Shown: positions 11,030-22,200 of the stretch, in pieces | How the letters are laid out: every line of letters begins with the position of its first letter | Position numbering within the stretch: the first letter of the stretch is position 1 | Origin: Hydrolagus colliei | Taxonomy: Eukaryota | NCBI GenBank assembly: GCA_035084275.1 | Contig: CM068769.1 | Coordinates: forward strand, 6,758,001 to 6,822,000 | Length of the DNA stretch: 64,000 nucleotides | Direction of reading: 5' to 3' | Position numbers and translations under genes: made by a program | Notes under the pieces: model-generated | Told to the model about the DNA's origin: nothing | Seen by the model: the letters and a program-made list of their open reading frames with translations, nothing else | The model's database searches: none

Positions 11030-11730
11030 TAAGGGTTTCCGTGCGGAGGCATGGAAACCCTTATGGAGGGGTTGGAGTAGTGAGTGTTGTGCTAGGAAAG
11101 GTCGTAGCTGAGAGGAAACCATTCTTTCAAGGACCTTAGAAAGGAAGGAAAGGTTGGAGGTGGGTCGGTCGCTAGATAGCTGCGAAACATCGAGGGAATG
11201 ATTTTTTAGGATGGTGGTGATGGTGGTGATTTTGAATGGAGTGGGAACAGTTCCGGATGAGATGGGCAGGTTGATAATGTCAGTGATTAGATGGTGGAGC
11301 TTGGTGGTGAGGACAGGGGTAGGGATGGATCTAGAGAGCAGGTGGTGAGCTTCATTGTGGAGATGGTCTCAGTGACGGAGGATGGGGAGAAGGGATCACA
11401 GCCATGGAAGGAGGGGTAGGTATGAGACGTGATGTGGGAGTGAGGTGGGTAGGGGGAAGTTGTGTGGACAATGACCACAGAGCGGATTACGTCGATTTGG
11501 TTCATGATTAAATCCAGCATCCTGTCGCACCGGGATTTGGCGGAGAGGATAGGCGAGGCGGGGTGGAGGGAAGAGATGGTTGGTGATGGAGAAGCGAAGC
11601 CGGGGTTTTTTCGCCTCTAGGATTATCATGGAGTAGAGGGACAATTGGGCGGAGGATAGGGCGGAGCGGTAGGAGAATGTGAGTTCCTGCCATATCTGCC
11701 GGTGGACCGTAAGGTGGGGGGGGGGGGTCA
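11030..11730 (-). mobile_element. L2 LINE ORF2 fragment (degenerate)
   Basis: HRQIWQ...YRSALSSA...RFSITNHL, SVTETISTMKLTTCSLDP, and a RPTSNLSFLSKVLERMV-like motif typical of the L2 RT N-terminal region. Confidence 0.8.
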
Positions 11731-12439
11731 AACGGGTTAGTTGTATTTTTTGTTTATGGCACCACGCCAACATCACTTTTTAGTATTCCCGCTTTGTCCC
11801 CAGCCCCTCGATCACCAGCTCGCTCACTCGACGCAGAGTAGACTCAACTCGGCCGATATACCTTCCCAGCAAGGCGTTGGTTCCGCCCCTCGATTAACCA
11901 ATTGCTCACTGACTCTAGCAAAAATTTGGAGTCTGGATATTTGTGGATCACTTCTCCGGGAGAAATGTTCAAGCCAAACAATCTCATTTGGTCACAAAAT
12001 GGACGACTATACTTTGCATACTAGTTGCTCAATTACCTGCTAGCACTAATACACAGAAAGGTTAACTTTAATGTTTATAATATCCGGCACAGGCACAATA
12101 ACCCAAATTGCCTCATCCTGTGTTTCCTCCTTCTTGTATTATTCTATCAAGTTTTCCATTGGTTGTGAGTGAAGCTCGTCAATTTGAGAATTCTGATAGA
12201 CTGCTCAGCACCATATCAATTGCCAACAATTACTATAACATTTTGATATAAGGTGGGTGTTATTATGATTATGATTAATCAATGCAGTTTATCATTTTTT
12301 GACATATAAGTGACACCTCAAAATTATCAAAGTTTAATTATACGTTTTTCGTGATGTCAGGCGTGACAAAACATGAGCCGGCGCCATTAACTTGCCCAGA
12401 GTTAGAAAATCTGTAATAGTGATTGTGAATTTCCTACAG

Positions 12440-13330
12440 CGATGGCACTGACCATTGTGGTCCTGGCCCAGGGAATGTGTGGACTCTCCAAATGTGTCAC
12501 CCGCTACATGGTCGCCTTGGCTGTTGCTGACCTGATGGTCATATTGATTGGTGTGATCCTGTAGAAGACATTTCTGCTCCACCTGCCGAACTTACCTTTG
12601 TTCCAGACCCCTGTGTGTCGACTGTACAATGCGCTGCATCGTCTTTGAAGCCTCTGTCTGGCTGACCGTTGCCTTCACCTTCGACTGATTTATTGCCATC
12701 TGCTACCCAAAGCTCAAACCCAAATACTGCACCGAGAGGACAGCGGGCCTGGTGATCCGGACAATCTGTGTACTTTTATTCATTGAGAACATCCCTATGT
12801 ATTTTGTGTACCAAGTGAGGATGATGATCAATGGGCAGCCCTGTTTCTGCACGATCAAGCCCAGCTGTTATGCTGCTCTTGGCTGGAGGGTCTTTGCCTT
12901 TTTGGACATGATTGTAAATCCAATGCTTCCCTTCATCCTCATTGTCGTCTTGAATACGCTGACCATTAGACAAGTGCTGGTGGCCAGCAGGGTGCGTCAG
13001 CGTCTAAGAGGGGCTGCGAAGGGGAGGGACGAGGAGATGGAGAGTCGGCGGAAATCCATAATCCTGCTCTTTACCATCTCAGAGACCTTCGTATTGCTGT
13101 GGCTCACCTATATGGTCATCTACGTGTTTGCTATGGTGACAGATGAGCAGATGACACAGTTCAACTACAATAGCCCTTTCACCATCGCTGAGGAGGTGGG
13201 TTACATGCTGCAGTACCTGAGCTCCTGCTCCAACACCGTCATATATGGTGTGACCCAGACCCACTTCAGGTAGCGCCTGAAATCTATCTTCACTTACCCC
13301 ATCACTCGCTTACTGGGCCATTCACATAAT
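12440..13330 (+). pseudogene. GPR139/GPR142-like class A GPCR pseudogene (exon 2)
   Basis: Acceptor CTACAG|, then ...LAQGMCGLSKCVTRYMVALAVADLMVILIGVIL*, a frameshift, WLTVAFTFD*FIAIC...KYCTERT...EMESRRKSIILL...CSNTVIYGVTQTHFR*. It has three stops plus a frameshift. Confidence 0.9.
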
Positions 13331-14399
13331 CGTGTTTAGCTGTGTTGCTCTCTTTGGTCTTCACAACATTGTAGTTTCAAAAAGACTATGTTAGAAATAT
13401 CCTGATGTTTGACTGTAATAATAGTTACTAGATTGGATAAAGAGCTCTTCATTTGGAAGATGTATATTATTGTTTCACGTTATATTCTTTACAGTTAAAT
13501 ATAATTCTCTCAAACCAGATTGTTGAAATTTTTTGTAACAATAAAAAATTGTTGCACATTGAGTTGTTATATACTCCACAAATGATGCAGATATTCCTTA
13601 ATGCTGAATGCTGCCATTTCACCTTTCCATTTCTTCCATTAGCGATTAGCTCGTCTGCAAATTACCAAAACACCACCTATCAATCCAAGTAAGCAGCGGA
13701 GGACCCTAGGAACTAGAAATGACATACATAGATTTGAAATAAAAATATCAATATATTAGTTAGCTCATTGAGTCGGTGGGTGCCCCCACTTCTCAGTTAG
13801 GGATGCAAAACAAGAGACTGGAATTCAACGAATCAAGCCAGCGCAGAATCAGCAAGAAATCAGACGGTGGAGAGATTGTGGCTTGTTCCAGAAATGGTAA
13901 TAGGAGAATGAACAAGAATCATCTTCCAGGTATTATAGATACTTTATTGCCTGGAAAGCAGGCCATAAAAATGAATGGGAAACAGTATTGATGATGCTGT
14001 ATGGAAGCACATAGTGTCAGAAAGCTATCAGAAGTAAATGAGCTTCAGAACGATTATGAGCTGATGTCGTTGAACCCAGCATCTTGTGGTGTGTTTACAA
14101 ATATCTCAAATCAGTGTTTGAGCATTCTACCTTTCACAAACGTCATGATCGAAAGCTCATACACTGATTTGACAGTTAGATGAAGAACATTAAAACAGGA
14201 GGACTAACAGAATACACAAAATATGATGTACTCATAGTTTATTATAATTGTGTTTTATCTATTCTACTAGTCCTTCTGTCTTAATTTTTTTTCTAACTGG
14301 TAAATAAAAACCTTGGGTTAACTGGGAAGTAACCACGTCTTGGAGAAACAAAGTGAAACCACAAAATTCACTCACTGGCATCCACCCGCAAATTACGCG

Positions 14400-14660
14400 T
14401 GAGTGGAGTGTGAGGGGGTGTGAGTGTGTGTGAGCAGGTGTGAGTGCGAGGCTGTGTTTGTGTGTGAGCAGGTGTGAGTGTGAGGGTGTGTGAGTGTGAG
14501 GGTGATGTGAGTGTGTGTGAGCAGGTGTGAGTGTGAGGGGGTGTGTGAGTGTGAGCAGGCGTGAGTGTGAGTGAGAGGGGGTGTGAGTGTGAGGGTGTGT
14601 GACTGTGTGGGAGCAGGTGTGAGTGTGAGGGTGTGTGAGTGTGAGTGAGGGGAGGGTTGA
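14400..14660. repeat. (GT/GA)-rich compound microsatellite
   Basis: GTGTGAGTGTGAG-type repeats. Confidence 0.9.
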
Positions 14661-14767
14661 TGGGGATGGACTGACTGATGGGTTACTGGCCGGGGAGGCT
14701 GGTTGGTTGGTGTGAGTTAATGAGGTGGCTGGTGATGGAGACTGACTGACTGACCCTCACGTTGCCC

Positions 14768-14870
14768 TCTGGTGTGGAGCCTGTAGCTCAGGGGTGACAG
14801 CCCTCGCCTGGCGAGCCGCAGACCTGGGTTCCATTCCCGGCCTCACCTCGAGCCGAGTCTCCTCCTCCAC
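14768..14870 (+). mobile_element. tRNA-derived SINE head
   Basis: GTGGAGCCTGTAGCTCAGGGG (A-box) and GGTTCCATTCC (B-box-like); same family as the SINE at 4.9 kb. Confidence 0.7.
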
Positions 14871-15164
14871 CCGCCTGACACACACAACAACAACAACAGC
14901 AATAATAATATGGCCGCCCCCCCCCCCCCCCCCCCCCCCCCGGCTGTTTGTGGGGGAGGCTGCCGGGCACCATCGGCTGCTGCGTTTCACCCACAAAACA
15001 CACAGTCACTTCACTGGACATTGAGTCCCGTGAGGAGATTCCAGGTGAGGAGAGGACCGGACAAAACGCCCGGAAAATGGCTAATTATTATCCCTGTTAT
15101 TGTGGCTCTCACTGCGTCTCTCTCTCTCTCTCTCTCTCTGTGTTTCTCTCAGTCGCTCTCCCAC

Positions 15165-15552
15165 AAAACACACAGTCACTACACTGTGACCCTCCAACAT
15201 AGTCACTACACTGTGACCCTCAAACACAGTCACTACACTGTGACCCCCCTAAACACACAGTGACTACACTGTGACTCTCCAACACAGTCACTACACTGTG
15301 ACCCTCCAACACAGTCACTACACTGTGACCACCCTAAACACAGTCACTACACCGTGACTCTCCAACACACTCACTACACTGTGACCCCCTAAACACAGTC
15401 AGTACACTGTGACCCTCACACGCAGTCACTATACTGTGACCCTCCAACAGTCACTACACTGTGACTCCCCTAAACACACAGTCACTACACTGTGACCCCC
15501 TAAACACACAGTCACTACACTGTGACCCCCCTAAACACACAGTCACTACACT
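15165..15552. repeat. ~28-31-bp minisatellite CACAGTCACTACACTGTGACCC(C)TAAAC/TCCAAC
   Basis: About 13 tandem units are visible; most contain CACTGTG. Confidence 0.92.
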
Positions 15553-15559
15553 TGACAGT

Positions 15560-15990
15560 GAGCGAGCGTTTCCGGTGCGCGTCACGTGACTGGCTTTGAG
15601 GCGCCAGACGCCAGCGTCACTAATGTCGTTGTTATTATATTATTATTCAATGTGAAGCCTCTGTGACCTCAGAGACTTTCGGCTGCAAAATTAGAGAGCC
15701 GTTGGCTGCGCGCGCAGCTCCAACCGTCGCCTCCCCCGAGCGCTGGCAGTTTGGCGCTTTTCACTGGTTACCTGGGAGACGGGGGATGCGTGTCTCTCTC
15801 TCCTGTCAATCACCCGTTACCTAAGAGACGGGGGTGTCTCTGTTTGCGTCTCTCTCCTGTCAATCACTGGTTACCTGGGAGACAGTGACGCGTAGACTAA
15901 TGCGTCATCAACCTGGGTCAAGTCACGTGCTGAACGTCCATAATGGCGGCGGCGGAGACAGAGAAGAAGGTGCGCGGTGTCTGTGTACAG
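15560..15990 (+). promoter_or_regulatory. CpG-rich promoter-like region
   Basis: Perfect GTCACGTGAC palindrome (15581-15590), GCGCGCGC, repeated CTGTCAATCA + GTTACC..GAGAC, TGCGTCA (15901), and a YY1-like ATGGCGGC. Confidence 0.65.
15943..15969 (+). CDS. Candidate first coding exon MAAAETEKK of an unidentified gene
   Basis: ATG in CATAATGG context, then donor AAG|GTGCGC, downstream of a CpG island. No further exons were found. Confidence 0.35.
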
Positions 15991-16299
15991 CCCGGACTGG
16001 GGAGAGACACACACAGAGAGAGAGAGCAAGTGTGTGAGGGAGAGAGACTGAGTGTGTGACAGACTGAGTGACTGAGAGAGACAGAGAGACTGAGAGTCTG
16101 AGCCAGTGTGAGAGACACTGAGAGAGAGAGAGAGAGAAAAAGAGGGTGTATGAGAGAGACTGGGCGAGTGAGAGTGACACGGAGAGTGTGTGTGAGAGAC
16201 TGAGTGAGTGTGTGAGAGAGGGAGAGAGAGACTGAGTGAGTCTCCACTCCTCTGCTTCTCTAACCCCCTGTATCCCCAAAACTGCACCCGTGGCCTTTA

Positions 16300-19200
16300 C
16301 TCTGGTTCTGGTCTCGTTGTCCCCGAATCCTCCGCTCCACCATCGGCGGCCGTGCCTTCAGCCACTACGCCCCGAAGCTCTGGAACTCCCTTCCTCACTC
16401 CCTTCGCCTCGATCCCTCTCTTCCTAGTTTCAGGTCTTGGCTAAAGACCTTTCTGTTCAACCGAGCCTTCGGTCACCTTTCTCCCCCTCCCCCTGGCTCA
16501 GGCCCAGGATCTGTTGTTGTGAAACTCTCTGCTGCACTGGTGTGTAGGGCGCTATATAATCTAAAGGTGTTGTTGTTTCTACAGCCTGTGATACACACAC
16601 ACAGAGTGAGAGAATGTGTACGAGGGAGACCTACAATCTGAGATACAGTCACAGAGAGAGAGACCTCTACATCATGAGATATGCAGAGAGAGAGAGAGAA
16701 GGTAAGAGAGAGAGAGAGCGAATGTAAGAGAGAGAGAGAACTGTCTACAGCCTGTGATACACTCACACAGAGAGAGATATGAGAGTGAAAAACCTATGAT
16801 ATACTCACACAGAGAGAGAGGTGAGAGAGACCTGTCTATAGCCTGTGATACACTCACACAGTATGGACACCCATACACATTCACAGGCATTACACACAGA
16901 GAGTGGTGTGGGAGAGACACATATACATAGAGAAGTAGGAAGGCAGATATATACACTTGCAGGCCTCACATACAAAGAGAGTCACACACACACATAGGGC
17001 TGTGCACAGAGAGAGAGAGAGAAACACACATGCACTCACAGGCCTCTGTGTCTTACTCTTCTTTCACACACACAGGCCTCAGTCTCTGTTCATCAGAAAT
17101 CACAGACTCACACGTAGTCTGTCTGTGTCTCTCACACACTCACTGAGAGAAACAGAGACAGACAAACACATACACACGGAGACAGTGTGAGATAAACACA
17201 CATAGAGACACTGAGATACACACACAATCTCTCTCTGACCACACACTGTGTGTCTCTGGTCATCTGAAATGACACACACATGCAGACACACACACACACA
17301 CACATATTTGACACTCACACATATACATTGGCCTCTCTGTGTCTCTATGGGTCATACATGCGCAATGAATTACACTGTGAGAGAGAGAGAGACACACACT
17401 GAGAGACGTACGTCCATACACAGACACATATTGGCATCCCCTCTCTCTGCCTCTCTATGTCTGTATTTCTGAGACACAAACATACATACACAGAGAAATA
17501 CTGACATCCTCTCTTTAGACTGAGAGACGCTCACACAGAGACACTCACACAGGCCTCTATGTCTGACTCTGTGTCTCTGGGACACACAAACACACTGATA
17601 GAGACAAACACACACAGACTGTTTGTCTCTCACATACAGGCCTCTGTCTGTGGGCATCAGAAATCACAGATTGCACTGGACTTGCACTGATTCTCAAACA
17701 CACACACAGAAATACTGTAACCCCCTCTCTCTGTGTTTCACTGTGTCTGATAATAATAAACCTTTAATTTGATATCATGCCTTGTCACATGTTTGAGACA
17801 TCTCAAAGCGCTTCACAGGGTGCACCATCAAGTAAAGTGACTGTCTGCTTTGTGAGGAAAATATGACAGACAATGTGTCTTATCTGTGTGGGATGTGAGT
17901 GTGTCTATGTTAGAGTGTGTGTATGTGAGTGAGTTCACTGTGGGTGGGTGTACAATTAGCTAGTGAGAGGACCTGGCTTAGATTCCCACCTGGTTCAGTG
18001 TGAATGTTGGGCAATGTTTCTGACTTCACGCACCACTATTTACCGGCACCAACACTAATAGTAATAGTACTAGCTTTTCATGCGCTGATCCTGCCTTTAA
18101 TGTCCTCTAGATGCCTCACAGAACTTTACAGAAAATACTGTAATGTGAAGTGACTATATTTGTGGATGAAACGTGGCAGCCAATTGAGCACAGTCGTGTC
18201 CCACACACGGTTGTGGATTGAAGTGACAAATTTTTAAATTTATTTTTGAGGATTATTATCAGGCGAGTGTGTGGAGTAAGGAAACGTGTGCAAGGCTTCA
18301 CTCTGAGCTGCAGGACTGCAGTAGGTAGGCACATGCTTGTGGGCTATGTCTCTGAGTTCTGGTGACCAGACACAGAGGCTTGTGAGTGTATATGTGTGTG
18401 GGTGTGTCTCACACTGTGTCTGTGAGTGTATCTCACGCTGTAAAGACTCTATGTTTGTGACCCTCAGGAATAAAAAGTGACATGAAGAGACGGAGAAAGA
18501 GAGAGAATTGTACGAGATGGAGACACAGAGAGGGAGAGGTGAGAGAGAGGTGAGATAGAGAACTCTCCACAGCCTGTGATACACTCACACAGATACATAC
18601 ACACAGGCCTCTGTGTCTATGAGACAAACACAGAGAGAGAGACACTCATAAACTTACAAGCCTTTATCACACACAGTGTCCCAATCACACACATTCACAG
18701 AGGTGGAGACAAGCACATACTGACAACACTTTAGGTCTCGCTCTCTGTCTCTCACACACAAAGGCCTCTGTCACACACATCCTCCTGCACACACAAATAC
18801 ACACAAAAACACTGTCGTTTCCGCCCCACCCAGGATAAACACCCACACAGCCCATGTACACACACACACACGCTCCCCTTCACACACAGTTTCCCCCCCT
18901 CCCACTCACAGACACATTCTTGCACACACACATCCATACAGCAATCCCTACCCACAAATGCACACCACACCCCAACCCACACACAACTCCCCACCCACAC
19001 ACATAAATAGCACTCCCACCCACACACAAACAGCTTCCCCACCCACAGATACAAATCGCACCTCCTCACCCACACAAACAGCCATCCCACCCACACACAC
19101 ACAGCCAACCCACTCAGATACAGCCCACCCACACACAGCACCTACACACCCACAGCAATACAACCCTCCCAAACACATCCCCCAACCCCCACACATACAC

Positions 19201-22200
19201 ATAGCCAGCCGCACACACACAGCCCCACCCCACACACAGCCCTCCCACACACAGCCAACCTCACACACACAGCCACCCCTCACACACAGCCACCCCTCAC
19301 ACACACAGCCACCCCCCCCCCACACACACAGCCACCCCCGCCACACACAGCCACCCCCCCACACACAGCCACCCCCCCACACCCAGCCCCCCTTCCCGCA
19401 CATATTCCCCTCCTCACACACACACAGCCCCCACCTCATACACAGCACCCACCCCACACACACAGCCTCTGCATCCCATACACAGCCCAATATATACAGA
19501 ACCCCCACACCCACAGACCCACTCACACAAATCCGCAATCACACCGAGCCCCACACCCCCACACACAGCTCCAGCATCGGTGGCCGTGCCTTCAGCCACT
19601 ACGCCCCCAAGCTCTGGAACTCCATTCCTCACTCCCTTCGCCTTGTTCCATCTCATCCTAGTATCATGTCGAGGTTGAAGACCTTTCCGTTTAACCGAAC
19701 CTTCGGTCACCTTTCTCCCCCTCTTCCTGGCTCAGACCCAGGATCTGTTGTTGTGAAACTCTCTGAGACACTGTCTGGCTTGGGGAGCGCTATATAAATC
19801 AAAGTTTTTATTTTTTCTACAGCCTGTGATACACACACACAGTGAGAGAATGTGTACGAGAGAGATCTACAATCTGAAATACACTCACAGAGAGAGAGAG
19901 AGACCTCTGCAGCCTGAGATATGTACAGAGAGAGAAGGTAAGAGAGAAAGAGTGAGAGACATGTCTACAGCCTGTGATAAACTCGCAAAGAGAGAGACAC
20001 CGACGGACACTCACAAGCCTCACACACAGACAGAGAGGTGGGAGAGGGGGGTGGGACGACACACATAAATACAGATGGAGAAGTAAGGAGGCACACATAT
20101 CCACTCACAGGCCTCTGTCTGTTGATCAGAAATCACAGACACACACTTAGTCTGTCTGTCACACAGTCACTGAGAGAAAGAGAGACGGAGAAAAAACAAA
20201 CACATACACACTGAGACAGAGTGAGAGAAACACATGTAGAGATACTGAGATACACACATCTCTCTCTCTGACTACACACTATAAGTGTCTCTCTTCATCT
20301 GAAATGACACACACATCTAGATATACACACTCACATGATTGACGCTCACACATATACACTGGCCTCTCTGTGTCGCTGAGAAATACAACAACAACAACAA
20401 AATTACACTTATAGCACCTTTGACGTCGGGAGGACGTCCCAAAGCGCTGAACATTTAGGTCGGGACCCGAGCAGTGATGGACGGGAGGGTCGGTGTAGGG
20501 AGAAGGGAAAGGCTAGTGGGAGAGGGGGAATAGTTAGTGGGGCAGCCAAAGGCACGGTCGAAGAGGAAGGTCTTGAGACCGGCCTTGAAGGAGGAAAGGG
20601 AGGAAGCGAGGGTGAGGGGCTGCAGGATGGAATTCCACAGTGTGGGAGCAGAGAGGCTGCCAGCCCGGCCACCGATGGTTGGGGGGTTAGGGCGGTGGAC
20701 GCGGAGCAGACCTGAGTCTGTTGAGCTGAGGGTGCGGACAGGCTGATAGGGAGACAGTAGGTCAGAGAGAAAGGTGGGGCAAGGCATACACACTGAGACA
20801 GTGTGAGATAAACACATATAGAGACACTGAGATACATAGTGTGTGGTCTCTCTCTCTGACCACACACTATGTGTGTCTCTGGTCATCTGAAATGACACAA
20901 ACATGCAGACACACACACATATTTGACACTCACACATATACATTGGCCTCTCTGTGTCTATGGGACATACATGCGCAATGAGTTACACTGCGAGAGAGAG
21001 AGAGACACACACTGAGAGACGTACGTCCATACACAGACACATATTGGCATCCCCTCTGCCTCTATGTCTGTATTTCTGAGACACAAACATACATACACAG
21101 AGAAATACTGACATGCTCTCTTTAGACTAAGAGATGCTCACACAGAGACACTCACACAGGCCTCTGTGTCTGACTCTGTGTCTCTGGGACACACAAACAC
21201 ACTGAGAGAGACATACACACACAGACTGTTTGTCTCTCACATACAGGCCTCTGTCTCTGGGCATCAGAAATCACAGATTACACTCGACTTGCACTGATTC
21301 TCAAACACACACACACAGAAACAGTGTAAACCCCTCTCTCTGTGTTTCACTGTGTCTGATAACAATAATAATAAACCTTTAATTTGATATCATGGCTATG
21401 TCACGTCTTTGAGACATCCCAAAGCGCTTCACAGGACACACCATCAAGTAAAGTGACTGTCTGCTTTGTGAGGAAAATATGGCAGCCAATGTGTCTTGTC
21501 TGTGTGGTGTGTGTATGTTAGTATGTGTGTGTGTGTGTGTGAGTGAGTGAGTGAGTGACTGTGAGTGAGTGACTGTGTGTGGGTGTGCAATTAGCCAGTG
21601 AGAGGACCTGGGTTAGATTCCCAGGTGCTTCAAATTGAATGTTGGGCAATTCTCTTCACTTCACACACCTCTATTCACCAGCAGTAATACAAAAACTAAT
21701 AATAATCCTTGAATTTGATATCGCGCTTAATCATGGCCTTCTAGATGCCTCACAGCAATTTACAGAAAATACTGTAAAGTGAAGTGACTGTATATTTCTG
21801 GATGAAACGCGGCAGCCAATTGAGCACAGCCATGTACCACACACGGTTGTGGATTGAAGTGACAAATTATACAATTTATTTTTGATGGATTATTATCAGG
21901 CGAGTGTGGGGAGTAAGGAAACGTGTGCAAGGCTTCAACCTGAGCCACAGGACTGCAGTAGGTGGGCACATGCTTGTGGGCTATGTCTCTGATTTCTGGT
22001 GACCAGACACAGAGGCCTGTGAGTGTATATGTGTGTGTGTCTCACACTGTGTCTATGAGTGTGTCTCACGCTTAAAGACTCTGTATGTTTGCGACCCTCA
22101 GGAATAAAAAGAGACAGGAAGAGACGGAGAAAGGGAGAGAATTGTACGAGATGGAGACACAGAGAGGGAGAGGTGAGAGAGAGGTGAGATAGAGAACTCT

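Noticed and set aside
12185-12254. Possible exon 1 of the 12.4-kb GPCR pseudogene (..NNYYNILI*G|GT)
   Set aside because: Only a weak YY match, with a stop; it cannot be supported.
14768-14840. tRNA gene
   Set aside because: A- and B-box-like motifs are present, but there is no closing acceptor stem and it matches the SINE family.
15165-15552. CRISPR-like array
   Set aside because: Eukaryotic context, no unique spacers and no cas genes; it is an ordinary minisatellite.
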